Shown piece after piece: positions 40,901-52,159 of a DNA stretch of 64,000 nt. This DNA comes from Azolla caroliniana. Its lineage: Eukaryota; Plantae; Polypodiophyta. The notes under the pieces were generated by a model. The model did no database searches, had not been told where the DNA came from, and saw only the letters and a program-made list of their open reading frames with translations. Position 1 is the first letter of the stretch, and the number at the start of each line of letters is the position of its first letter. The stretch lies in assembly GCA_043228905.1 (NCBI GenBank), contig JBHGNT010000015.1, positions 1-64,000 on the forward strand, written 5' to 3'. The position numbers and the translations under genes were made by a program.

Positions 40901-43165
40901 AACATTTTCATTACTCACGCGCTCTTGTCTACAGCCTGTTCAACAATGCTTTTCTCTTCATGTCTCGTGACTTGTCTTTCAAAATCAAGATTTTCCAATT
41001 GTATATCATAGCTACACTCATTAGCTTCGATTCGCATGTTTGAACACAAAATTCCAATATCACACGAGCCAGGTATGAACTTTTCATTTACTTACGCACT
41101 CTTGTCTACGGCCTCCTGAACTATGCATTTTTCTTCATGTCTCTCTACCTGAGTTTCAAAATCATTATTTTCCAATTCCATGTCATACCTAGCTTTGATA
41201 ACTTCAATTCACATGTTTGAACACATAAATCCGATATCACAGGAGCCAGGTATGAACATTTTAATTTACTCATACGCTCTTGTCTATACCCTCCTAAACT
41301 ATTCTTTTTTTTCATGTCTCTCGACCTGAGTTTCAAAACCATGATTTTCCAATTGCATATCATAGCTAGCTTTGTTAACTTCGATTCGCATGTCTGAACA
41401 CAAAAATCCGATATCACACGAGCCAGGTATGAACAGTTTCATTTACTCACGCGCTCTTGTCTATGGCCTCCTAAATTATGTTTTTTTCTTTATGTCCTTC
41501 GACCTGAGTTTCAAAATTATTATTTTCCAATTTTATATCATAGCCAGATTCATTAACTTCGATTCGCATGTTTGAACACAAAAATCCGATATCACACGAG
41601 CTAGGTATGAACATTTTCATTTAGTCATATGCTCTGGTCTGCACCCTCCTAAACTATTCTTTTCTCTTCATGTCTCTCGACCTGAGTTTCAAAATCATGA
41701 TCTGCCAATTCCATATCATAACACGCTTTGTTAACTTCGATTCGCATGTTTGAACACAGAAATCAGATATCAAAACAGCAAGGTATGAACATTTTCATTT
41801 ACTCACGGGCTCTTGGCTACGCTCTTGGCTACGCTTTTTTCTTCATGTCTCTCGACCTGAGTTTCCAAATCTGGATTTTTTAATTCTATATCATAGCTAA
41901 GGTAGTTTGCTTCGATTCGCATATTTGAACACAGATATCAGATATAACATGAGCCAAGTATGAACATTTTCATTTACTAACACGCACTTGTCTTCATTTC
42001 TCGTGACCTATGTTTCGAAATCATGATTTGCCCATTCCATATCATAGCTAGCTTTGTTAACTTCGATTCGCATGTTTGAACACAAAATTCCGATATCACA
42101 CAAGCTAGGTATGAACATTTTCATTTACTCACGCGCTCTTGTCTACGCCCTCCTCAACTTTGCTTTGCTCTTTATGTTTCGCGACGTGTGTTTCGAACAC
42201 ATAATTTTCCAATTCTATATCATAGCTAGCGTTGTTAACTTCGATTCTCATGTTTGAACAGTAGAATCCGATATCACACAAGCGAGTTATCAACATTTTC
42301 ATTTACTCACGTGCTCAGGTCTACGCCCATCTTAACTTTGCTTTTTTTTTCATGTCTCGCGACCTGTTTTTCAAAATCATGATTTTCCAATTCTATATCA
42401 TAGCTAGATTTATTAGCTTCAATTCGCATGTTTGAACACAAATATCCGAAATCACACGAGCCAGGTATGAACATTTTCATTTACTCACGCGTTCTTGTCT
42501 ACACCCTTCTCAAATTTTCTTTTTCCTTCATGTCTCACGACCTTATTTTCGAAATCATGATTTTCCAATTCTATATCATAGCTAGATTTCTTAACTTCGA
42601 TTAGCATGTTTGAACAAAAAAATCCGATATAACACAAACCAGGTATGAACATTTTCATTTACTAACGCGCTCTTGTCTACGCCCTTCTCAACTTTGCTTT
42701 TTTCTTCATGTCTCTCGACTTGAGTTTCAAAAACATGATTTTCCAATTCCATATTATAGCTAGATTTGTTAACTTCAATTCGCATGTTTGAACAGTAAAA
42801 TCCGATATCACACATGCCAATTATGAACATTTTCATTTACTCACACGCTCTGGTCTACGCCCTTCTCAACTTTGCTTTTTTCTTCATGTCTCGCGACCTG
42901 TGTTTCAAAATCATGATTTTCCAATTCCATATCATAGCTAGCTTTGATAACTTCGATTCACATGTTTGAACACAAAAATCCGATATCACTCGAGCTAGGT
43001 ATGAACATTTTCATTTACTCATGCGCTCCGTTCAATAGCCTCGTAAACTATTCTTTTTTTTTCATGTCTCTCAACCTGAGTTTCAAAATCATGATTTTCC
43101 AACTCCATATCATAGCTAGCTTTGTTAACTTCAATTCTCATGTTTGAACACATAAGTACGATATC
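34958..43165. repeat. 178-bp satellite, subtype B changing to subtype C at ~38370
   Basis: C variants: AACTATGCTTTTTTCTTCATGTCTC, GCTAGATTCATTAGC, GCTAGCTTTGTTAAC; more indels than layer A. Confidence 0.94.
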
Positions 43166-44304
43166 TCGTCCCGTGGATACTTGCTTGAATCCCATCAGTA
43201 GCCACCCGGTTGAAGGATGCCACTTGTAGTCCTTCCGAAATCCCGCACCATAGCATTTCCGCCTTGTAGTCCCGAAGATAGCGTGATACGTCCTTTCTGT
43301 TGAATTGCCTGATCCATTGCACAAGCCGCTCTACTGCCGCCGCTATCTCCGACATCGTACGTTGTTCCTAAAGCATCTGCTCGAACATCATCATCATGTT
43401 GTTAGCCTTTGGTTGATTTTTCATCTCCTTGCCACCCGTGTTCATGTCGGGTACACCACTTGTGTCGTGCCTTTCGGCTCTGGATCGTTGTGTTAGTCGG
43501 GTGGGAACCGCTGAGGTTTTGGACTAGGAGAAGGAAGAATATGAGATAAGACTCCTTATGAATCGATTGCAAGAAAGAGAAATATTTGAAAAGAAGATAT
43601 GAAACTCATGAATCCCACGAATATATTAGATTGATCAAAATCCTTGTAAAATAATCAACAACCTCTATACATCTTTCTCTCTTCCTTATATAACGTTGGA
43701 AGAGTCTAAGTTTATCACATGCAAGCATCATGCTTTTTCTATCTTTAGTTTTCATGCACACTGCATGTGCATGATTAGCTTTCTATCTCATCTTTTCTTT
43801 TAACTCGAGTGTCTATGCATGAATAACTTTTGTACCATGCATGTCTAGAAATTTTACATGGGATAAAGTTTAGTATGCATTAAAATTCATAATACCCTAC
43901 TATAATGATAAGGCTTAACATTATTAACATGGAGGTGCAAGGTTCGAATCTTGCCCTATGCATGTAATATATATATTTTTATACTTTCTTCTATTTACAT
44001 ATATGTCTCTTCATCAGGTGAGAGACTCTCACCGGCCTTCTTCATCCGGATCTTTCCGGTTCTGCTTCATCCGGTGCTTGATAATTTTCTTTGTCTGATT
44101 CTTACTGGGACCTCCTTACCGATGTCTTCTTCGTCCGTTTCTCACCGACTCTCACCGGCCTTCTTCATCCGGCTCTTGCCAGGTCTCCTTACCGGTTTCA
44201 GTCCTTACCGGTTCCTTCTTCCGGTTCTCACCGGCTACTCCATGTCCTATCCGGAGAGACAAAAAATGTAATTTTTCACGTAGTGTACGAATTACACTAC
44301 GACA
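43166..44304 (-). mobile_element. Truncated family-G element: 5' LTR (43463-44304), putative PBS and gag N-terminus
   Basis: LTR is a close reverse-complement match to 60881-61716; on the minus strand it is followed by CAAG-TGGTGTACCCGAC (PBS-like, tRNA not assigned) and an ATG ORF from 43355 (MSEIAAAVERLVQ..) that runs into satellite. Confidence 0.88.
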
Positions 44305-46045
44305 ACGTATAAACATTTTCATTTACTCATGCCCTCTTGACTACGCCCTCCTCAACTTTGCTTTATTTTTCATGTCTCTCGACCTATGTTTCAAAATCCT
44401 GATTTTCCAATTCTATATCATAGCTAGATTCATTAGCTTCGATTTGCATGTTTGAACACAAAAATCCGATACCACACAAACCAGGTATGAACATTTTCAT
44501 TTACTAACGCGCTCTTGTCTACGCCCTTCTCAAGTATTCTTTTATCTTCATGTCTTTTGACCTAAGTTTCAAAATCATGATTTTCCAATTCCATATCATA
44601 GCTAGCATTGTTAACTTCGATTCGCATGTTTGAACAGTAAAATCCGATATCACACAAGCCAGTTATGAACATTTTCATTTACTCACGCGCTCGGGTCTAC
44701 GCCCTTCTTAACTTTGCTTTTCTCTTCATGTCTCGCGACCTGTGTTTCAAAATCATGATTTTCCAATTCTATATCATAGCTAGATTCAGTAGCTTCGATT
44801 TGCATGTTTGAACGCAATAATCCGATATCACACGAGCCAGGTATGAACATTCTCATTTACTCACGCGCTCTTGTCTACGACCTCCTTAACTATGCTTTTT
44901 TCTTCATGTCTCGCGACCTGTGTTTCGAACACATGATTTTCCAATTCTATATCATAGCTAGATTTATTAGCTTCGATTTGCATGTTTTAACACAAATATC
45001 CGAAATCACACGAGCCAGGTATGAACATTTTCATTTACTCACGTGTTCTTGTCTATGGCCTCCTTAACTATGGTTTTTATTTCATGTGTCTCGACCTGAG
45101 TTTCAAAATCGTGATTTTTCAATTCAATGTCATAGCTAAGCTTGTTTGCTTCAATTCGCATGTTTGAACACAAAAATCTGATATCACACGAGCCAGGCAT
45201 GAACATTTTCATTTACTAACACGCTCTTATCTAGTCCCTTCTCAACTTTGCTTTTATCTTCATTTCTCACGACCTATGTCTCAAAATCATGATTTTCCAA
45301 TTCTATATCATAGCTAGACTCATTAGCTTCGATTCTCATGTTTGAACACAAAAATCCGATATCACACGAGCCATGTATGAACATTTTCATTTACTCACGC
45401 GCTCTTGTGTACGGCTTCCTAAACTATGCTTTTTTCTTTATGTCTCTCAACCTGAGTTTCGAAATCATCATTTTCCAAATCATAGCTAGCTTTGATAACT
45501 TCGATTCGCATTTTTGAACACAAAAATCCAATATCAAACGAACCGGGTATGAATATTTTCATTTACTCACGCGCTCTTGGCTACGGCCTTCTCAACTATG
45601 CTTTTTTCTTCATGTCTCTCGACCTGAGTTTCAAAATCATGATTTTTCAATTGAATATCATAGCTAAGTTTGTTTGCTTCGATTCGCATGTCTGAACAAA
45701 AAAATACGATATCACACGAGCCAGGTATGAACATTTTCATTTACTCATGCGCTCTTGTCTATACCCTCCTAAACTATTCTTTTTTCTTCATGTCTCTCTA
45801 CCGGAGTTTCAAAATCATGATTTGGCAATTCCATATCATAGCTAGCTTCGTTAAATTCGACTCGCATGTTTGAACACAAAAGTCCGATATCGAACGAGCA
45901 AGGTATGAACATTTTTATTTACTCACGCGCTCTTGTTAACGGCATCCTTAACTATGCTTTTTTCTTCATGTCTCTAGACCAGAGGTTCAAAATCCTGATT
46001 TTCCAATTCCATATCATAGCTAGCTTTGATAACTTCGATTCGCAT
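44305..46045. repeat. 178-bp satellite, subtype C; end of the array in this window
   Basis: About 10 monomers; stops at ..TTCGATTCGCAT. Confidence 0.95.
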
Positions 46046-46330
46046 AGCCACATCCGGTATCGTGCAACACCGCATCATCCCGAGTATCGGAAGAAAATCC
46101 GTTTCGATCACTACTTCGGCTCCGATCAAATAATCTCAATCCGATTTGATTGCCGACACGACTCCCCATAATTCTCTTTTAACTTGTGCATATCCGCGTT
46201 GCCTTTCGTTGAGTACCTTTGCCCCGAATCGGATCGAATATCGCGAACCTTCTGGATCGGCTTGATTGATGACCCATCCGATTCCGGTTGGACTTGTGTC
46301 AACCGTTACTATGATCGATTGGTCATAGTT
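46042..46330 (-). other. Inverted RNase H fragment from another family-G copy
   Basis: Reverse complement matches 53172-53284 joined to 59065-~59211; encodes IIVTVDTSPTGIGWVINQADPEGSRYSIRFGAKVLNERQRGYAQVKRELWG. Confidence 0.9.
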
Positions 46331-46887
46331 CAACCACACAGGAAGAAACCTCTCGGTGCAAAACAAGTACGAATCGGTCCGGATGGGGCTTCCACGTACA
46401 CGTCCGTAACAGGAGGAATGAAGAAAGAATACCGAAAAGTGGAGGATAAGTTATGGTCGGCATCAATAATAAAAGAAGACGAAGAAATCGTGGGAATAGT
46501 CGAAGAAGTGTTTTATGGGAGCACACTACAACGGCTTGAAGAGCTCCCGGAAGATACAAGCCAGGGAAACCGGGTAATTCCGGTGGAGTCGGTCGAGATG
46601 TACGAGATCATTGTGAAAATGGGGCCAGATGCGCTCCGCAAAGAAGAAGCAATGGTAAGTACGAAATACAAGACCGTGGAGAAGAAAGTTAAACCGGCCG
46701 CAGGACCGTTACCCGCAGATAGCAAACAAAAGAGGAAAGAAGTCTTGGGGGATCCGACACTTCAGAAGTCCATGAATATCGGACATGCCTTCACGGATGA
46801 GACCCGGAAGAAACTTCGGATCGGTGGAGGTGGGTTCCTATTAAAGAATGAAGAAGAACAATTCCGTGGGATGCTAGAGCAACATGG

Positions 46888-47462
46888 TGTTGGGATTACG
46901 GTCCCTTCGAATGGGATGGTCGGATCCGGATGGGACGGTCCCGGTTTCGGTTTCGGTACCGGATGACGAATGTACCCGGAGAGCGATCCGGATGCAGGGA
47001 CATATCCGTGAATATGTTTCCTATGGGCCCATGTGGCTACAGTTGTAAATAGCCCAAAGTCATATAAGTATAAATATGACTTAGGGCAAACAGTTTTACT
47101 GTTGCTTCTTATTTTTTCTGTTTTTCCACTTTAGAGGAGTGAAGAGGGAGCAGCCGTGCGAGAGAGAGAGAGATAGAGCGCGAGAGAGGAAGAGGACGTT
47201 GCCTCTGTGTATTTCCGCCGCCTGTGGCGAGGACAGCTAGCTTAAGGTCGTCGCCTTGAGCTCGTCATTGTATACTTCTCTTTGTATAGCGTTGTTTGGA
47301 GTCTTGTACTCCCGTGGTTTTTTTCCCATCTAGGGTTTTCCACGTTAATCCCTGTGTAATCGTGTATTTCTCTCTTTTGGTTCCTATTTTCTGCGTCATT
47401 GATCCGTAACTACTCGGTTGAGGCCGAGGGAAGAAGGTGAATCGAATCGTTGATTCACGACA
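46888..47462 (+). repeat. Copia 5' LTR
   Basis: TGTTGGGA...CACGACA; one C/T difference from the 3' LTR seen by eye (46921 vs 51613). Confidence 0.97.
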
Positions 47463-47465
47463 AAT

Positions 47466-47477
47466 TGGTATCAGAGC
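47466..47477 (+). promoter_or_regulatory. Primer binding site, tRNA-iMet
   Basis: TGGTATCAGAGC 3 nt after the 5' LTR. Confidence 0.96.
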
Positions 47478-47492
47478 GAACTGCTGCAGAAA

Positions 47493-50400
47493 ATGGAAGG
47501 CGGCGGCAGCGGGCAGCCGGGGATGATGGTGCTGAATGCACAGAATTACGCCGACTGGAAGATCAAGATGGAGGATCTTCTGATTGTTCGGGACCTGTAC
47601 GAACCGATTGACAGGTCGGAAATACCGAAGGGGGTACTTGAGTCGGAGTGGAAGCTCCTGAACCGGAAAGCCGTAGCGACGATCCGACAATATGTCGATG
47701 TAAGCGTCCTACAACATGTGGCGAACGACACCAACGCATATGAAATGTGGAAGAAGCTGTCGGGCCTCTACGAGAGGAAGAATGCGTTGAACCGGACCTC
47801 CCTGATGAGGAAGATTGTGAATCTCAAGTACCGGGACGGCGAGAGTATGGTGGAACACGTAAGCACGTTCATGGGATTCGTGAATCAGCTTGCGGCGATC
47901 AAGTTCCCGCTGGAGGATGCAATGCAAGCCATCATCCTGATGTGTACATTGCCGGACAGCTGGGAGAACTTGGTGGTGACTCTCAGCACCTCCTGCACCG
48001 AAGATAACTTGTCCTTGCAAACGGTAAAGACAAGTATCTTGAACGAAGAAGCGCGTCGGAGAGACAAGGAACCGGCCTCCGAACCGAAGATGCTGTTTAC
48101 CGAATCGGATCGGGGAAGACAATGGAACCGGAGTCCGCAAAGACGGGAGAAGTCGGGGGCCCGGTCGCAGTCAAGAGGAAGGCCCACATGCTTCCACTGT
48201 GGGAAGCCGGGGCACTTCCGAAAGAATTGTCGGCATTACCGAAAAGACAACGGAGCCGACGACACCGATTCGAAGAAGTCACCGGAGAGAAACGGTGCAT
48301 ACCGGGGAGCCACGGACCGGAGAGGTTCGGATCGGCGAGGGCAGGACCGGAAAGGAACGACGGCACTCGCGGCAAGTGAAGAAGAAATCATGCTCATCAC
48401 CGAAGAAGGTGAGCTAAACATTGCCGGCGATGAGACGACCTGGGTGGTCGATTCCGGAGCATCGTTCCACCTGACCCCGGAGAGAAGATACTTCTCATCC
48501 TACACAGCCGGTGAGCATGGCTGTGTTCGGATGGGAAACGAAGGTACGTGCCGGATTGCCGGCATAGGAGATGTGTGGCTGACAACCCCGACCGGATGCA
48601 AAATGCTGCTGAAGAATGTCCGACACGTTCCGGAGGTCCGACTGAACCTGATTTCGGCCGGGAGGCTAGATGACGAAGGCTACACGGGTAGCATCCAGAA
48701 CGGCGTAATGAAGTTCAGCAAGGGGAGCCTGATAGTGGCTCGGGCCCGGAAAGACAACACACTGTACCTGATGAATGCCCGGTTATGTCCGGAAGAGCTG
48801 AATGTGGCAGCCGACACTGCCGGTGAGCTGTGGCACAAGAGACTGTGCCATATGAGTGAGAAGGGGATGAAGAGGCTTGCAGAAGACAACCTTATTCCAG
48901 TGAAGCATGTGCACCTGGAGAGGTGCACCGACTGTCTGGCCGGTAAGCAAAACCGGACCTCCTTCCACTCAAGGCCACCGACGAGACGTAGCGCACCATT
49001 GGAGTTGGTGCACACTGATGTGTGTCAGGTTGAAACGAAGTCACATGGCGGAGCCCAGTACTTCGTAACATTCATCGATGATCATAGCCGAAAACTCTGG
49101 ACGGCACCGATGAAGACAAAGGACCAAGTGTTGTGCGTCTTCAAAGATCTCCACGCGAGAGTGGAAAGGGAATCCGGCAAGAAGCTGAAAGCGATACGAG
49201 CGGATAACGGAGGGGAATACCGGGGGCAGTTCCAAGAGTACTGTCGCTCGAAGGGAATCCGGCTCGAGTTTACTGTGCCGAAGACGCCGGAACTGAACGG
49301 GCTGGCCGAGAGGATGAACCGGACCATAATGGAGAGGGTCCGGAGTATGCTGGCGCATGCGAAATTACCCAAGGGATTTTGGGCTGAGGCAATGTCGACG
49401 GCGACATATGTGATAAACAGATCACCCTCAGTACCTTTGGACGGAGACACGCCGCAGAGAGTGTGGACCGGTAGGGAAGTATCCTACCGGCATCTGAAGG
49501 TGTTCGGGTGTCTCGCATACGTGCATGTGGCAAAGGACCGGAGAGGGAAGCTAGATCCAAAGACCCGGCCATGCATATTCCTCGGTTACGGCGACGACGA
49601 GTTCGGCTACCGAGTATGGGACCCGGTCGACAAGAAGATATTCAGGAGTCGAGACATCATCTTCATGGAGGACAAGACACTCGCCGACTTGGAGTCGGAG
49701 AAGAAGATGAAGAGCTCCAAGTCGACCGGTGAGGATAAACTCTACGAGGAGCAGTCCCGACCGGCAAGGGACCGGCTAGCACTCGAGGATCCGGCCGAAG
49801 ACGGTGAAGAAAGAGAACCGGCCGAGGAAGATGAAAATGATACCGGAACCGTTCCCGATCCCGAAATGGATTCGGATGAAGAAGAAGAATCGGAAGAACC
49901 GGTTACCGAAGCTCCGGAACGGAGATATCCTCTAAGAGAGAGAAGGGCCCCCCGGAGATTTCCGGAACCAGAGCACGTGCTGCTAACCGACGAAGGGGAG
50001 CCGGAGAGCTTTGAAGAAGCAAAGCATGACACCCAGAGCCGCAGGTGGTTGAGTGCCATGCAGGACGAGATGGATTCCCTGCATGAGAACCACACATATG
50101 AACTTGTGGAGTTGCCGAAAGGAAAACGGGCACTCCGTAACAAGTGGGTGTTCAAGCTGAAACCGGGAGATGCCGGAAACCCCCCGAGATACAAAGCCAG
50201 GATCGTGGTGAAGGGGTTTCAGCAGAAGAAGGGCGTCGACTTCGACGAAATATTTGCCCCGGTAGTGAAGATGACCTCCATCCGGACGGTGCTGAGCATA
50301 GCGGCAAGCATGGACCTCGAGGTAGAACAGATGGACGTGAAGACGGCATTCCTTCACGGTGACCTCGAAGAAGAGATCTACATGCAGCAACCGGAAGGAT

Positions 50401-51569
50401 TCGAGAAGAAAGGGAAGGAGCACCTGGTATGCCGGTTGAAGAAGAGCCTTTACGGACTGAAGCAGGCTCCCCGGCAATGGTACCGGAAGTTCGACTCCTT
50501 CATGACCGACGAAGGGTACCTCAAAACGCAGTCCGACCACTGCGTGTTTGTGAAGAAGTTCGAAGGAGGAGACTCTCTAATACTCCTCCTGTACGTGGAC
50601 GACATGTTGATCGTCGGACGGGACCAGGTCAAGATACGGATGCTGAAGAAGGCTCTTCACCGAACCTTCTCAATGAAGGACCTGGGTCCGGCGAGGCAAA
50701 TACTAGGGATGCACATCATCCGGGACCGGAAGAAGAAGCAGTTGTGGCTGTCACAGGAGAAGTACGTGACAAAGGTGCTTCACCGGTTCAACATGTCGGA
50801 AGCGAGACCGGTCGGATCGTCCCTCCCGACAAACTGCAAGCTGTCCAGCAAGCAAAGTCCCAAGACAAAGGCTGAAAAGGAGGATATGAAGAAAGTGCCG
50901 TATGCCTCAGCCGTCGGGAGCTTGATGTACGCCATGGTGTGTACGAGACCGGACATCGGATATGCAGTCGGAGTGGTGAGCCGGTACATGAGCAATCCCG
51001 GTAAAGAGCATTGGAACGCGGCTAAGTGGATACTCCGATACCTGAAGGGCACAGCAAACGTGTGCCTCCGATTCGGCTCCGGAAAGCCCGAACTCGACGG
51101 CTTTACCGATTCGGATATGTCGGCTGATGCAGATACCAGCCGGTCCACATCAGGGTATGTGATGACGTATGCAGGGGGAGCTGTTTCATGGCAGTCGAGG
51201 CTGCAGAAGACGGTTGCGCTGTCAACCACAGAGGCGGAGTACATGGCGGCTGTTGAAGCCGGCAAGGAAATAATATGGATGAAGGACTTCATTGGAGAGC
51301 TCGGTATCCGGCAGAAGGAGTACCGACTCTACTGCGACAGTCAGAGTGCAATCCACCTTGCAAAGAACGCGGCCTATCACTCCCGGACGAAGCACATCCA
51401 GCGAAGATATCACTGGATCCGGGAAAGGATAGAAGACAAGGAGTTCGTGCTGACGAAGATCCACACGGACGAGAACGGGTCGGATATGCTGACCAAGGTG
51501 CTCACACCCGACAAGCTGGAAGCATGCCGGAAGAGGATCGGATTGGAGAGACATCCCATGCCGAAGTGA
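47493..51569 (+). CDS. gag-pol: Copia gag-pol polyprotein, 1358 aa (Gag, CCHC knuckle, PR, INT, RT, RNase H)
   Basis: CFHCGKPGHFRKNC; WVVDSGAS; LWHKRLCH..CTDC; HTD/RADNGGE/AERMN; LLYVDDM; TDSD..TEAEY..CDSQSAI..TKHI. Confidence 0.98.
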   Translation: MEGGGSGQPGMMVLNAQNYADWKIKMEDLLIVRDLYEPIDRSEIPKGVLESEWKLLNRKAVATIRQYVDVSVLQHVANDTNAYEMWKKLSGLYERKNALNRTSLMRKIVNLKYRDGESMVEHVSTFMGFVNQLAAIKFPLEDAMQAIILMCTLPDSWENLVVTLSTSCTEDNLSLQTVKTSILNEEARRRDKEPASEPKMLFTESDRGRQWNRSPQRREKSGARSQSRGRPTCFHCGKPGHFRKNCRHYRKDNGADDTDSKKSPERNGAYRGATDRRGSDRRGQDRKGTTALAASEEEIMLITEEGELNIAGDETTWVVDSGASFHLTPERRYFSSYTAGEHGCVRMGNEGTCRIAGIGDVWLTTPTGCKMLLKNVRHVPEVRLNLISAGRLDDEGYTGSIQNGVMKFSKGSLIVARARKDNTLYLMNARLCPEELNVAADTAGELWHKRLCHMSEKGMKRLAEDNLIPVKHVHLERCTDCLAGKQNRTSFHSRPPTRRSAPLELVHTDVCQVETKSHGGAQYFVTFIDDHSRKLWTAPMKTKDQVLCVFKDLHARVERESGKKLKAIRADNGGEYRGQFQEYCRSKGIRLEFTVPKTPELNGLAERMNRTIMERVRSMLAHAKLPKGFWAEAMSTATYVINRSPSVPLDGDTPQRVWTGREVSYRHLKVFGCLAYVHVAKDRRGKLDPKTRPCIFLGYGDDEFGYRVWDPVDKKIFRSRDIIFMEDKTLADLESEKKMKSSKSTGEDKLYEEQSRPARDRLALEDPAEDGEEREPAEEDENDTGTVPDPEMDSDEEEESEEPVTEAPERRYPLRERRAPRRFPEPEHVLLTDEGEPESFEEAKHDTQSRRWLSAMQDEMDSLHENHTYELVELPKGKRALRNKWVFKLKPGDAGNPPRYKARIVVKGFQQKKGVDFDEIFAPVVKMTSIRTVLSIAASMDLEVEQMDVKTAFLHGDLEEEIYMQQPEGFEKKGKEHLVCRLKKSLYGLKQAPRQWYRKFDSFMTDEGYLKTQSDHCVFVKKFEGGDSLILLLYVDDMLIVGRDQVKIRMLKKALHRTFSMKDLGPARQILGMHIIRDRKKKQLWLSQEKYVTKVLHRFNMSEARPVGSSLPTNCKLSSKQSPKTKAEKEDMKKVPYASAVGSLMYAMVCTRPDIGYAVGVVSRYMSNPGKEHWNAAKWILRYLKGTANVCLRFGSGKPELDGFTDSDMSADADTSRSTSGYVMTYAGGAVSWQSRLQKTVALSTTEAEYMAAVEAGKEIIWMKDFIGELGIRQKEYRLYCDSQSAIHLAKNAAYHSRTKHIQRRYHWIRERIEDKEFVLTKIHTDENGSDMLTKVLTPDKLEACRKRIGLERHPMPK

Positions 51570-51577
51570 AGGGGGAG
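51568..51577 (+). promoter_or_regulatory. Copia polypurine tract
   Basis: GAAGGGGGAG two bases before the 3' LTR. Confidence 0.9.
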
Positions 51578-51579
51578 TT

Positions 51580-52154
51580 TGTTGGGATTACGGTCCCTTC
51601 GAATGGGATGGTTGGATCCGGATGGGACGGTCCCGGTTTCGGTTTCGGTACCGGATGACGAATGTACCCGGAGAGCGATCCGGATGCAGGGACATATCCG
51701 TGAATATGTTTCCTATGGGCCCATGTGGCTACAGTTGTAAATAGCCCAAAGTCATATAAGTATAAATATGACTTAGGGCAAACAGTTTTACTGTTGCTTC
51801 TTATTTTTTCTGTTTTTCCACTTTAGAGGAGTGAAGAGGGAGCAGCCGTGCGAGAGAGAGAGAGATAGAGCGCGAGAGAGGAAGAGGACGTTGCCTCTGT
51901 GTATTTCCGCCGCCTGTGGCGAGGACAGCTAGCTTAAGGTCGTCGCCTTGAGCTCGTCATTGTATACTTCTCTTTGTATAGCGTTGTTTGGAGTCTTGTA
52001 CTCCCGTGGTTTTTTTCCCATCTAGGGTTTTCCACGTTAATCCCTGTGTAATCGTGTATTTCTCTCTTTTGGTTCCTATTTTCTGCGTCATTGATCCGTA
52101 ACTACTCGGTTGAGGCCGAGGGAAGAAGGTGAATCGAATCGTTGATTCACGACA
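51580..52154 (+). repeat. Copia 3' LTR
   Basis: Direct repeat of 46888-47462. Confidence 0.97.
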
Positions 52155-52159
52155 CATGG

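Larger units (their letters stand above)
46888..52154 (+). mobile_element. Intact full-length Ty1/copia LTR retrotransposon (Tnt1/Tto1-like, Tork-type)
   Basis: 575-bp LTRs TG..CA; perfect TSD CATGG (46883-46887, 52155-52159); PBS, PPT and an uninterrupted polyprotein. Confidence 0.98.

Noticed and set aside
43890-43965. Functional tRNA gene within the LTRs
   Set aside because: Acceptor and anticodon stems do not pair; reported only as a tRNA-like promoter cassette.
1-46045. CRISPR-like or other repeat-spacer array
   Set aside because: The entire 178-bp unit is repeated; there are no unique spacers and no cas genes, and the context is eukaryotic.
24314-46045. Preferred insertion phase within the satellite monomer
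   Set aside because: The four TE junctions fall at different monomer positions.
48-46171. Dozens of 60-100 aa ORFs (MLASIRMFEHKNPISHEPG..)
   Set aside because: Translations of the satellite monomer; they recur every 178 bp, mostly start at TTG/GTG and are broken at random.
46901-46917. TTCGAAT-loop hairpin at the copia LTR start
   Set aside because: Closing pair is C-G rather than the B-box G-C, there is no A-box, and the loop is not conserved in the other two copia LTRs.
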